Source: an uncultured Lachnospiraceae bacterium (GTDB taxonomy: Bacteria; Bacillota; Clostridia; Lachnospirales; Lachnospiraceae). From it: DNA of 64,000 nt. The translations under genes were made by a program, and so were the position numbers. Positions within the stretch are counted from its first letter, which is position 1. The number at the start of each line of letters is the position of its first letter. This document shows, in pieces, positions 39,628-48,898 of the stretch. The notes beneath the pieces were generated by a model. It was given only the letters and a program-made list of their open reading frames with translations, did not search any database and was not told where the DNA came from. The stretch covers positions 36,362-100,361 of the forward strand of contig CAJUHG010000002.1 in assembly GCA_910586005.1 (NCBI GenBank), in the 5' to 3' direction.

Positions 39628-41178
39628 ATGGCAATTAGAATTTCTGGATTAAATTCAGGTCTTGATACAGATTCTATTGTGCAAGAGTTAGTATCAGCGT
39701 ATCGTACAAAACAGGATAAATATACAAAGGCGCAGACAAAGCTTTCTTGGAAACAAGATGCTTGGAAAGAGATGAATACAAAGATTTATAATTTTTATTC
39801 TAAGTCTTTATCTAATATGCGTCGTGCAGGTAATTTTACAAATAAGAAGATTACTACAGTATCTGACAGCACCAAGGCGAAAGTAACAGCCTCCTCAGGT
39901 GTAGTAAATGGAACCCAGACTTTAAAAGTAAATCAACTTGCAACAGCAGGTTATCTTACTGGTAAGAAATTAAAGATTACAGATGAAGAAGGTAAAGAAG
40001 CAAAAATTGATTCTAAGACAACATTATCTGCATTAGGAGTAAAAGATGGAACTCTTAAGATAAAAGTTGGCAGTGAAGAGAAAACGGTTGAAGTAAAAGC
40101 CGATATGACAATAAGCGACTTTACAAAAGCTTTGCAGGAGCAAGGAGTTAAAGCAAATTTTGATGCTACACAGCAGCGATTTTTCTTATTTTCTGAGGAG
40201 AGTGGCAAGAGCAGCGATTTTAATCTTGTCGTTGATGATGCTGATTCTTTGGAGTTAGCAGAAAATCTTGGACTTGCAACTAAGCAAAATTATGAAGATG
40301 TTCATGGCGCTGGTTCTGCTACCAATGATATGGTATTTGCTGATAAATTAGACGCTACCAATGCAATTATAGAATTAAATGGAGCCGTTTTTGAAGGAGA
40401 AAGTAATAGTTTTTCCATCAATGGATTAAATATTACTGCCTTAAGCAAAAGTGATGAGATGACAGTTACAACTGCAACAGATGTAGATGGCATTTACAAT
40501 ATGATCAAAGATTTCTTGAAGGAATACAATGAAGTGGTAAATGCTATGGAATCAGCATATAATGCACCTACTTCAAAAGGGTATGAGCCCTTAACAGATT
40601 CTGAAAAAGAATCTATGTCTGACAAGGAAATTGAAAAGTGGGAGACAAAGATTAAAGATTCTATTTTAAGAAGAGATGATACCCTTCGCTCAGTCTTAAG
40701 TGGAATGTCTATGAATATGGCTAAAACTTTTGAAGTAAATGGCAAAAAATACAGTTTAGCATCTTTTGGGATTAAGACTGCTGGTTACTTTAATGCAGCA
40801 GAAAATGAATCTTATGCATATCATATTGATAATGATGCCTCTGATTCTGTTTCTTCCGCGAATGAGGATAGATTGCGCAAGATGATTGAAGAAGACCCAG
40901 ATGCAGTAACTGGATTCTTTACACAGCTTGCAACAAAAGTATATGATAATTTGCATGAGAGAATGACTAGCAATCCTACTTTAAGTAGTGCTTATAAGGT
41001 ATACAATGATAAGCAAATGAAAGAGGAGTATGATGATTATACTAAGACCATTAAAAAATGGGAAGAAAAATTGAAGGATATGGAAGATTATTATTATAAG
41101 AAATTCTCAGCGATGGAAACTGCATTGGCTAAATTGCAGTCTCAAACAAATTCACTTTCTTCACTGTTAGGTGGCTGA
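39628..41178 (+). CDS. fliD: Filament cap protein FliD
   Basis: RISGLNSGLDTDSIV; C-terminal YYKKFSAMETAL.KL.SQ. Confidence 0.95.
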   Translation: MAIRISGLNSGLDTDSIVQELVSAYRTKQDKYTKAQTKLSWKQDAWKEMNTKIYNFYSKSLSNMRRAGNFTNKKITTVSDSTKAKVTASSGVVNGTQTLKVNQLATAGYLTGKKLKITDEEGKEAKIDSKTTLSALGVKDGTLKIKVGSEEKTVEVKADMTISDFTKALQEQGVKANFDATQQRFFLFSEESGKSSDFNLVVDDADSLELAENLGLATKQNYEDVHGAGSATNDMVFADKLDATNAIIELNGAVFEGESNSFSINGLNITALSKSDEMTVTTATDVDGIYNMIKDFLKEYNEVVNAMESAYNAPTSKGYEPLTDSEKESMSDKEIEKWETKIKDSILRRDDTLRSVLSGMSMNMAKTFEVNGKKYSLASFGIKTAGYFNAAENESYAYHIDNDASDSVSSANEDRLRKMIEEDPDAVTGFFTQLATKVYDNLHERMTSNPTLSSAYKVYNDKQMKEEYDDYTKTIKKWEEKLKDMEDYYYKKFSAMETALAKLQSQTNSLSSLLGG

Positions 41179-41195
41179 TAAGGAGGACATAAAAG

Positions 41196-41582
41196 GTGAT
41201 AGCAAACAGAGGATATGATGCCTATGCCAAAAACAAAATATTAACAGCTTCCCCGGCGGAGCTGACTTTGATGTTATATGAAGGGGCAATTAAGTTCTGT
41301 AATATTGCAATTGCCGGAATTGAAGAAAAGGATATAGAAAAAGCACATAATAATATAACAAAAGTAGAAAATATTATTACAGAATTTTTGTCTACACTGG
41401 ATCATAAATACCCAGTAGCCACAGATTTTGAAAATGTTTATAAATATTTAATGGACCGCTTGCTAGAGGCTAATCTAAAAAAAGATAAAGAGATTCTAGA
41501 AGAAGTTTTAATGCATTTGCGTACCATGCGCGACACTTGGAAAGAAGTTATGGAACAGAACAAGGCGACAAAGGCGAACTAG
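41196..41582 (+). CDS. fliS: Flagellin chaperone FliS
   Basis: AY..NKILTASPAELTLMLYEGAIKF. Confidence 0.95.
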   Translation: MIANRGYDAYAKNKILTASPAELTLMLYEGAIKFCNIAIAGIEEKDIEKAHNNITKVENIITEFLSTLDHKYPVATDFENVYKYLMDRLLEANLKKDKEILEEVLMHLRTMRDTWKEVMEQNKATKAN

Positions 41583-41583
41583 T

Positions 41584-42060
41584 ATGGAAAATGATTATTT
41601 AAATATTATGATTCAAAGTCTGCAAAAGAAAGTAAAGATTTTGGATAAAATTATTGAAATGAATAAAGAGCAACATCAAATTTTAAGTAAAGAAGAACTA
41701 GATTCAGAGGCCTTTGAGCAGAATGTTCAGGAAAAAAGTGATTTGGTGGAGCAAATTAATTTCCTGGATGAGGGTTTTGAGGATTTATATGACAGAATCA
41801 AAACTGTAATTAAAACAGAAAAACAGGAACATAAAGAAGAAATTTTAATTTTAAAACAATTGATTACAGAAATTACAGAGAGATCTGTCAACATTCAAAG
41901 TGAGGAAGTGCGGAACCGTAAGTTAGTAGAGATGCGTTTTTCACAGGAACGGAAGAAGGTTAGAAATATGAAAAACTCCTCTACAGTGGCAAATCAGTAC
42001 TATAAAACTATGACAAAATTGAATCATATAGATGCTCAATTTATGGATAGGAAGAAATAG
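41584..42060 (+). CDS. FliT/FlgN-like flagellar chaperone
   Basis: Helical 158-aa protein ending FMDRKK, directly after fliS. Confidence 0.7.
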   Translation: MENDYLNIMIQSLQKKVKILDKIIEMNKEQHQILSKEELDSEAFEQNVQEKSDLVEQINFLDEGFEDLYDRIKTVIKTEKQEHKEEILILKQLITEITERSVNIQSEEVRNRKLVEMRFSQERKKVRNMKNSSTVANQYYKTMTKLNHIDAQFMDRKK

Positions 42061-42109
42061 CAGTTATCTAAACTAAAAGTGAAATTATTTTTGTCATAAT
42101 TGTTTTAGT

Positions 42110-42164
42110 ATGCTATCACCAAGAATACTTATGACTTTGCTCATAAGTTTCTAGGTGATAGCAT
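42110..42164 (+). terminator. Long hairpin ending the flagellar operon
   Basis: ATGCTATCACC...ACTTATGA-CTTTGC-TCATAAGT...GGTGATAGCAT; weak T-tract. Confidence 0.6.
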
Positions 42165-42175
42165 TTGTTATATGA

Positions 42176-42318
42176 TTCAAAAGGTATACTTATTGAACTA
42201 TTAATGTTCAATAAAATATACTTGTTAAACTACTGATGTTCAATAAGGTATACTTATTGAACTACTAATGTTCAATAAGGTATACTTATTGAACTACTAA
42301 TGTTCAATAAGGTATACT
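42176..42318. repeat. 32-bp tandem repeat (4.3 copies) built from alternating inverted 10-mers
   Basis: Unit AAGGTATACTTATTGAACTACTAATGTTCAAT at 42181, 42213 (degenerate), 42245 and 42277, partial at 42309. Confidence 0.92.
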
Positions 42319-42476
42319 CTCTGGGCATTCCAAGATGGTTATGTATATCTGAAAAATCAAAGAATATTTCTAATTAGAATAAAATAAGGATTAATTTGAT
42401 AATTAGGAAAAATATAGAATAATTTTGGGAAATTTTAGTAAAAAAAATAAAAAAGTTATTTTATTTACTAAAAATA

Positions 42477-42586
42477 TAATATATAAAATAATATAGTCGA
42501 TATAAAAATAGATAAGAAATCAGACAACGCAGGGAAGCGCTATACCGTAAGATTAAGAGGAATAGATGTGCGTCTATTCCTTTTTT
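42477..42586 (+). ncRNA. Putative sigma28-driven small RNA/attenuator with CsrA-type hairpin, copy 1 (promoter included)
   Basis: TAAT-N15-GTCGATAT; CGC-AGGGAA-GCG (42528-42539); terminator AGGAATAGAT-GTGC-GTCTATTCCT ending in T6. Confidence 0.6.
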
Positions 42587-42666
42587 GTATAGAAGAATGT
42601 GTTCAAGATTGTTGTTTTGAAAAAGTATATGAAACATATTTTTGTTTTTTTATGATAGGAAAGACC

Positions 42667-42696
42667 TTGTTATTATGAAGTATTAAAGGATATAAT
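42667..42696 (+). promoter_or_regulatory. SigA-like promoter conserved downstream of RNA copies 1 and 2
   Basis: TTGTTA-N18-TATAAT; homologous to TTGTTG-N18-TATAAT at 51638-51667, including the spacer sequence. Confidence 0.5.
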
Positions 42697-42795
42697 TTTT
42701 CTAGAAAAGATATACTTATTCATAGTAGAATGAGTTATTGCTTCATAATTGTATTTACTATACAACAAAATATAAAGAATAATAAGAGGAAAAAA

Positions 42796-44382
42796 ATGAA
42801 AGAATTTTTACATCTGGTTGGAGAACTGATGAATCAGTTAGATTTAAAGTGTGAATATTGTGAGAATACTATAATAAGTATGAAGGTAGCTTATGAGAAA
42901 CTTTCTAAAGAGGAGAAACAAAAAAGTTTGGCGCTATTAGATGAGCTTCTTCAGGAAGATTATCATAGCTATTTTTTTATTATGTCTACATTATTAAAAG
43001 AATTAAAAGAAGAAGAAATTGCATTTTATATAGAAAAAATGTTAGGTTCTGATAAGGTTCCCTTATGGGAACGTATTCATATCATGTATCAATTGAGAGC
43101 AACATTATTTTCTACTTTGATTATAAAAAATGAAACAAAAGAGTTTTGGAAACAAAAAGCTATTTATGAGAAGATTTTGCAGAATATTGAAACAGAAATA
43201 CAAGCAGAATATTCTTATATTTCATGGGAGCGTAGAGAAAAAAAGATTGTAATTATAGTAAATCAAATATTAAACAATCTTCATGCACCTACTAGAAAAT
43301 TAATTAGCATTTATAAATATTTTAAGGAACTTGGATATGATGTGCTAGTATATGTTTCTCATTATTCAGGGAAAAATGAGGAAAATACTCTATGGTATCA
43401 GAGAATTATGTTCTCCAATCAAATGCCATCAACAAGTCCATTTTTACTAAGTATTGGTGATGGGGAAGAGATTTTAGGTTATAATTTGATGTTGCAATCA
43501 GAAAATTATTTGCAAGAAATAAGGAAAACGATGGATCTTATTTATGGTGAGCATGCACAGTTTGTATTTGAATTAGGGGAAAGAACCATATTAGCTGGTT
43601 TGTGTCATTCTTTTACCACCGTTGTAACGATGGGGTGTACCAAACAAATACCTATTACCAATGCACCAGTGATTGCTAGATATTTTGAGTATTCTAAGGA
43701 AGAAGAAAAATTATATCAACAGTGTATGGAGGATACACAGATAATCATAGATGTAAAACATGTGGAGAGTGATTTCCTGCGCAGTGATAAAAGTGAGACT
43801 AAAAGTGACAAAAGGCGAAAACTAGAGATAAAAGAAGAACAATTTGTTCTTATAATTGCTGGTAATCGTCTGGGCTCTGAATTAACAGAAAGTTTTTTGG
43901 AAATTTTGTCTAAAATTTTAGAGCAAAGCAAAAATTTAGTAGTTATGTTTATAGGAAATTTACAAGCGGGATTGATAGAAAAGATAACAAATTCTTTTTG
44001 TATAGAACAAATACATTTTCTAGGATTTCGAGCAGATTTTCAAGATGTAATTTCAGCAGGAGATTTATTTTTAAATCCACCTAGACAAGGAGGGGGAACG
44101 GGTGCTGCTTATGCGGGAGTGGAAGGGATACCTGTAGTTACTTTAGACCACTGTGATGTAGCAGCAACAGCTGGAGAAGAATTTATCTGTCAATCCATAG
44201 AAGAGATGCCCTCTCTCGTTTGGAAATATTATAGTGATAAAGAGTTTTATCAAAAACAAAAAGAAATTATCAAAAATAGAATTCAAAAGTTGCTAGAAAC
44301 AGATGGACTTGAAAATTTTAGAAAGTTATGTGATTTTATACAACAAATTACATTAGAGAAGGAAAAAGAAAATGAAACATGA
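42796..44382 (+). CDS. Glycosyltransferase-like protein (GT-B C-terminal domain), paralog A
   Basis: C-terminal FLGFR.D.....AGDLFLNPPRQGGG...GIPVVT; close paralog of 58450-60039. Start set at MKEFL. Confidence 0.7.
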   Translation: MKEFLHLVGELMNQLDLKCEYCENTIISMKVAYEKLSKEEKQKSLALLDELLQEDYHSYFFIMSTLLKELKEEEIAFYIEKMLGSDKVPLWERIHIMYQLRATLFSTLIIKNETKEFWKQKAIYEKILQNIETEIQAEYSYISWERREKKIVIIVNQILNNLHAPTRKLISIYKYFKELGYDVLVYVSHYSGKNEENTLWYQRIMFSNQMPSTSPFLLSIGDGEEILGYNLMLQSENYLQEIRKTMDLIYGEHAQFVFELGERTILAGLCHSFTTVVTMGCTKQIPITNAPVIARYFEYSKEEEKLYQQCMEDTQIIIDVKHVESDFLRSDKSETKSDKRRKLEIKEEQFVLIIAGNRLGSELTESFLEILSKILEQSKNLVVMFIGNLQAGLIEKITNSFCIEQIHFLGFRADFQDVISAGDLFLNPPRQGGGTGAAYAGVEGIPVVTLDHCDVAATAGEEFICQSIEEMPSLVWKYYSDKEFYQKQKEIIKNRIQKLLETDGLENFRKLCDFIQQITLEKEKENET

Positions 44383-44521
44383 TACCATATGTGGAGATTA
44401 ATTTAGAAGAGAGAATGCAAGATATGTAGGAAAAAATATTTTGGTATTACCATTGTATCCAGAATTACCTTATGAAGTGATAGATGAGATATGTTCTGTG
44501 ATAGAAAATTGTGTAAAGTAA
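44372..44521 (+). pseudogene. Internally deleted remnant of the VioA/DegT aminotransferase gene
   Basis: Begins ATGAAACATGATA as at 60029, then jumps to that gene's 3' end; 44450-44508 is identical to 61079-61137. Confidence 0.9.
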
Positions 44522-44523
44522 AA

Positions 44524-44548
44524 TTTAACCTTATCAAGATAGTCTCCC
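44524..44548 (+). repeat. Left boundary direct repeat of the NeuB/Lux cassette
   Basis: TTTAACCTTATCAAGATAGTCTCCC, 20/25 identical to 51430-51454. Confidence 0.55.
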
Positions 44549-44731
44549 GCTTCTATGTCACAGAGACATAAGCACATGAACGAGGACTTGCTTGTGAAAA
44601 AATTTTAAATATTAAAGCAGTTCTTAAGAGAAAATGAGTTCTTTAAAATTTACTTTAAAATATTATATGAATATGTTTTTTGTAATCAATAAAAAATGGA
44701 AAAGTTTGATGTTTGGAAGGATTTATAAGAT

Positions 44732-45574
44732 ATGGATCAAAAAAAGATGGGTAAAACTATTTCATTTCTTAGAAAACAATTTAATATGACTCAGAAGCAA
44801 TTAGCAAATAGACTAGGAGTATCAGATAAAACAATTTCTAAATGGGAAAATGGACATGGGGCACCAGATATTTCTGTTTTAACTAAATTATCAATTAGTT
44901 TAGATATAGATATAGAAAACCTTTTAGAAGGAAATCTGACATATCCTGATTTTAAATGGAAAGGAATTTTAGTTTTAAATTATCCAGAAAATATACACTC
45001 CTATATGATACTACAATCTCTACCAATCGTAGAGTTTCAGCTTAGTTTACTGATGCTTACTGGAATCAATCACATTATAATCATAGGGATTGAGAATGAA
45101 ATTGCATTTACTCGGGATATACTTGATATTGATAATTGTGGAATTCAAATAGAGTATGAGTGTGCAAATGTTGCTGATATGGAATCTATCAATGCTATTT
45201 TGGAAAGGAACAATTCTAGATATGGAATTATGATGATATATGGACTTGATTTCATATATGGAAAAGATCTCACAAAACTTTTTAGAAGAGTGATTTATAA
45301 TAGTGAAAAACCTACAAGATTAGAAAATTATCAATATTTACCACTTTCCATATGTTTGTATCCACAAGGGACATATAGAACGTTGAAAAATTTTGATATT
45401 CATAAGGAAGAAAGATTTGAAAAATTAATATTAAAAAGAGGAATTGTAGCTTTTCATATACAAAGTAGAGAAGATTTGTGGGATGCATCTGTTTTGATTC
45501 ATATTATAGAGCGTCATATGGGTGAAAGGATTGGCTATTTGAAAGATATAGCAGAAAGAAGAGGATTATTGTAA
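44732..45574 (+). CDS. XRE-family HTH regulator fused to a degenerate RmlA-like nucleotidyltransferase domain
   Basis: MTQKQLA.RLGVSDKTISKWENG..PD; then KGIL, LSLLMLTGI..I.II and LKRG.......L.DAS..I..IE...G..I....IA.RRG, resembling RmlA but without GGxGTRL. Confidence 0.75.
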   Translation: MDQKKMGKTISFLRKQFNMTQKQLANRLGVSDKTISKWENGHGAPDISVLTKLSISLDIDIENLLEGNLTYPDFKWKGILVLNYPENIHSYMILQSLPIVEFQLSLLMLTGINHIIIIGIENEIAFTRDILDIDNCGIQIEYECANVADMESINAILERNNSRYGIMMIYGLDFIYGKDLTKLFRRVIYNSEKPTRLENYQYLPLSICLYPQGTYRTLKNFDIHKEERFEKLILKRGIVAFHIQSREDLWDASVLIHIIERHMGERIGYLKDIAERRGLL

Positions 45575-45775
45575 GAGAGAAAGATAGGGTATTCGAATGG
45601 TAGAGTGCAAAGGCATGAATATTATGAAATAATAGAGTAGAGGTTGAGAGAAAATAGAACAAAATAGGATTAAGTAAATTGCTGTGTTTCGCATGGTGTG
45701 CACAAAAATACCTTTGATATTTTTTATTCTCTCATAGAACAGAAAATAAATATATAGTGAAGGTGATTCTGATTT

Positions 45776-46450
45776 ATGATTTTATTTATTTATGGTACAG
45801 GAGGAGCAGGAATCGAAGTATACGATCTTGCAATAAGGAATAATAAATTAAACAAAAAATATTCAGCAATTTATTTCATTGATGATTTTTTAGATGAAAT
45901 AGATTATTATGGTACAAAAACAATCCATTTTACATCTTGTAAGGAATATATGAAAAATGAGGATGCTGAATTTATTATTGCAGTTGGGGAACCAGCAGCG
46001 CGTAAGAAGCTATTTGATAAAGTCAAATTGGCGGGTTATTCCCTAGCAATTTTAATTGATAAAACTGCTATTATTTCAGATACAGCAAAAATATCAGAAG
46101 GTTGTGTTATCAATGCATATGCAATTGTTTCGTCAGAAGTGGTTGTGAAAGAAAACTGTTTTGTGATGTTTCAAGCAATTATAGGGCATCATGCATTTAT
46201 TGAGAATAACTGTGTAATTTGTCCAAAAGCTACAGTTGGGGGGCATAGTAGAGTTGGAATGCAAACATTTTTGGGATTAGGTTCTTCTATGATACAAGGA
46301 GTAAATATTGGGAATCAAGCAATTGTAGGATTGGGTTCTATGGTATTTAGGAATGTAGAGGATGGTACTACTGTGATAGGAAATCCCGCAAGATTGACAA
46401 AAGGAAACAGTGAACATAAAGTTTTTGTTAATTCTAATAATAGTAAATGA
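45776..46450 (+). CDS. NeuD/PglD-family sugar O/N-acyltransferase
   Basis: IYGTGGAG, hexapeptide (LbH) repeats, IGHH, GNPAR. Confidence 0.85.
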   Translation: MILFIYGTGGAGIEVYDLAIRNNKLNKKYSAIYFIDDFLDEIDYYGTKTIHFTSCKEYMKNEDAEFIIAVGEPAARKKLFDKVKLAGYSLAILIDKTAIISDTAKISEGCVINAYAIVSSEVVVKENCFVMFQAIIGHHAFIENNCVICPKATVGGHSRVGMQTFLGLGSSMIQGVNIGNQAIVGLGSMVFRNVEDGTTVIGNPARLTKGNSEHKVFVNSNNSK

Positions 46451-46467
46451 TAGTTAGAGGTGAAAAA

Positions 46468-46959
46468 ATGGAAGATAATAAAAAAAATGTGTTGTCCTTT
46501 GATGCTTATGAGTTGCAGAAATATGAACCTAATAGATATCCTTTTTTATTTATTGATAGAGTAACAGAATGTGTGCCAGGCGAATATGCAAAGGGATATA
46601 AAAATTTGACTAATAATGAATGGTTTTTTCCTCATCATTATGAAGGACATCCCTTTATGCCAGCAGCTATACAGACAGAATCATTAAGTCAAATGCTGAC
46701 AATTGCATTTACCACGCTTCCTAACATAGATAATGTAGACGTAGTAGGATCTAGTTGGAGTGCAAAATTTCACAGAGAAATTCATCCAGGTGATAGATTA
46801 GACATTGAGGCGTTTGTAAAATCATATTCTAGAGGTTTGGGAAAAGGATATGCAAAAAGTTACGTTGATGGAGAACTTGCCTGTGAAATAGAAGTGACAA
46901 TGGTAATACCATGTGAGTTCAACAAGTATAAGCCTAAAAAAAAGGCTGAGGAAAGATAA
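46468..46959 (+). CDS. FabZ-like 3-hydroxyacyl-ACP dehydratase
   Basis: PNRYPFLFIDRV, KNLT.NEWFF.HH...P.MP....E...Q. Start set after GAGGTG. Confidence 0.85.
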   Translation: MEDNKKNVLSFDAYELQKYEPNRYPFLFIDRVTECVPGEYAKGYKNLTNNEWFFPHHYEGHPFMPAAIQTESLSQMLTIAFTTLPNIDNVDVVGSSWSAKFHREIHPGDRLDIEAFVKSYSRGLGKGYAKSYVDGELACEIEVTMVIPCEFNKYKPKKKAEER

Positions 46960-46960
46960 T

Positions 46961-47716
46961 ATGCTTACAGGAAAAACAGCTATTATAACAGGGGCAAACA
47001 GAGGAATTGGATTAGCAACCGTTGAAGTGTTTGCAGAACAAGGTGCAAGCATTTGGGCATGTGCACGTACAAAATCTGATGAATTTGAGGATAAAATAAA
47101 AGAAATATCAAAGCAAAATAAAGTAACAATAAGTCCAATTTATTTTGATGTAACAGAAGAAGTAGCAGTTAAGAATGCGATTAAGATAATTGGTAAAAAT
47201 TCAAAATCTATAGATATACTTGTCAATAATGCTGGTATTTCAATAGAAAGACTTTTTAGTATGACTTCATCTGAAATAATACAAAAAACAATGAAAGTCA
47301 ATTTTCTATCACAAGTACTTTTAAGCCAACTTATATCACGATACATGATGAAAGCAAAAACAGGAAGCATTGTAAATATTGCATCTGTTGCAGGATTAGA
47401 AAATGAACAAGGCGGGATTGCCTATGGAAGCAGCAAAGCTGCTGTTATATTCTCAACCAAAACAATGGCACTTGAATTAGCTTCATATGGAATAAGAGTA
47501 AATTCTGTTTCCCCTGGTTTTATTGGCACAGATATGTGGAAAAACCGGAACAGTGAAATAAGAGATAAAATTTTAAGTGAAACACCACTTGGTCGAGAAG
47601 GAACACCAAGAGAAGTTGCGAATGCTATACTATTTCTTGCTTCAGATATGTCATCCTATATGACAGGAGAAAATATTGTAATAGATGGAGGTAGAAAGGG
47701 GAATAGAAGAGGTTAA
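46961..47716 (+). CDS. FabG-like SDR ketoreductase
   Basis: TGANRGIG, LVNNAG, YGSSK, VNSVSPGFI.T. Confidence 0.88.
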   Translation: MLTGKTAIITGANRGIGLATVEVFAEQGASIWACARTKSDEFEDKIKEISKQNKVTISPIYFDVTEEVAVKNAIKIIGKNSKSIDILVNNAGISIERLFSMTSSEIIQKTMKVNFLSQVLLSQLISRYMMKAKTGSIVNIASVAGLENEQGGIAYGSSKAAVIFSTKTMALELASYGIRVNSVSPGFIGTDMWKNRNSEIRDKILSETPLGREGTPREVANAILFLASDMSSYMTGENIVIDGGRKGNRRG

Positions 47717-47864
47717 GATAAAATTATTTGATAAAGAAAAGGTAGTTAAATGTTATAAAATATTTTAAATTGAATTGGCAAATTTAAAGTAAGGATATAC
47801 AAATTTTATATTAGATAACTGAGTTTACTATTTGTTATATGTATTATCATAAAGGGTAAATAAT

Positions 47865-48896
47865 ATGGTATTAAAAAACGGAAGAAGTATAAAAAATAAC
47901 AGTGAGCCATATATTGTTGCTGAATTGAATTCTAGTCATAATGGTAAAATGGATATTGCTAGAAAAATGATTGATGCAGCGAAAGATTGTGGTTGTGATG
48001 CTGTGAAATTTCAATCTTGGTCGGCAGAATCACTTTATTGTCGAGATTATTATGATAAAAATCCTATATTGAAAAAGATGATTAGTAGATTTTCTCTTAA
48101 ACCTGTGGAATTGTTAGAATTGTCGGAATACTGTAATGATATTGGTATTGATTTTTCTTCTACACCATATTCTAAGGAAGAAGTAGATTTTCTGGTAGAA
48201 CAATGCAAAGTACCATTCGTTAAAATTGCTTCTATGGATATTAATAATCTTCCATATTTGAGATATATTGCAAAGACAAATATACCAATTATTTTGTCAA
48301 CAGGTATGGCAACTATAGAGGAAATAACGAAAGCTGTTACTGAAATTGAAAATGTAGGGAATCATAATATTTGTATATTACATTGTGTTTCTTTATATCC
48401 AGTAGAGGCACAGTTTGTAAATTTAAATAATATAATTATGTTGAAAGAAAAATTTCCCAGCTATGCAATAGGATATTCTGATCATACAATAGGCAGTGAG
48501 GTGGCATGTGCCTCAGTCGGTCTTGGAGTGGCACTTATAGAAAAACATTTTACGCTCAATAATAAAAAAATTGGATGGGATAATCAAATGGCTACAGAGC
48601 CTGAGGACATGAAAGATTTGGTTCTTAAATGTCATAGAGTGCATAGTTCTTTAGGACTTTATGAAAGAAAACTTACATCAGAAGAATTAGAACAGCGAAA
48701 AAAAATGCGTAGAAGCGTCGTTGCCGCTATAGATATGTCAATGGGACATATCATTGAGGAAGGAGATTTTACTGCCAAGCGTCCAGGAGATGGAATACCA
48801 GTAAATGAATATAAAAATATAATTGGACGAGTTCTGATAAGAGATATCCAAAAGGATCAATTAATTCTTAATGAATATTTACGTGAGAGGGAATAA
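47865..48896 (+). CDS. neuB: Nonulosonic acid synthase (NeuB/PseI/SpsE family) with SAF domain
   Basis: IVAEL...HNG, DAVKFQ, KIASMD, LSTGM, LHCVSLYP, GYSDHT, IEKHFT, KRPGDGI. Confidence 0.9.
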   Translation: MVLKNGRSIKNNSEPYIVAELNSSHNGKMDIARKMIDAAKDCGCDAVKFQSWSAESLYCRDYYDKNPILKKMISRFSLKPVELLELSEYCNDIGIDFSSTPYSKEEVDFLVEQCKVPFVKIASMDINNLPYLRYIAKTNIPIILSTGMATIEEITKAVTEIENVGNHNICILHCVSLYPVEAQFVNLNNIIMLKEKFPSYAIGYSDHTIGSEVACASVGLGVALIEKHFTLNNKKIGWDNQMATEPEDMKDLVLKCHRVHSSLGLYERKLTSEELEQRKKMRRSVVAAIDMSMGHIIEEGDFTAKRPGDGIPVNEYKNIIGRVLIRDIQKDQLILNEYLRERE

Positions 48897-48898
48897 AA

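Noticed and set aside
42176..42318. CRISPR array
   Set aside because: The 32-bp units abut directly with no unique spacers, and there are no cas genes in the window.
42730..42795. N-terminal extensions in the ORF track (also fliW 38318, fliC 62012, fabG 46913, csrA 38859)
   Set aside because: Downstream ATGs fit the RBS and/or paralog and family N-termini better.
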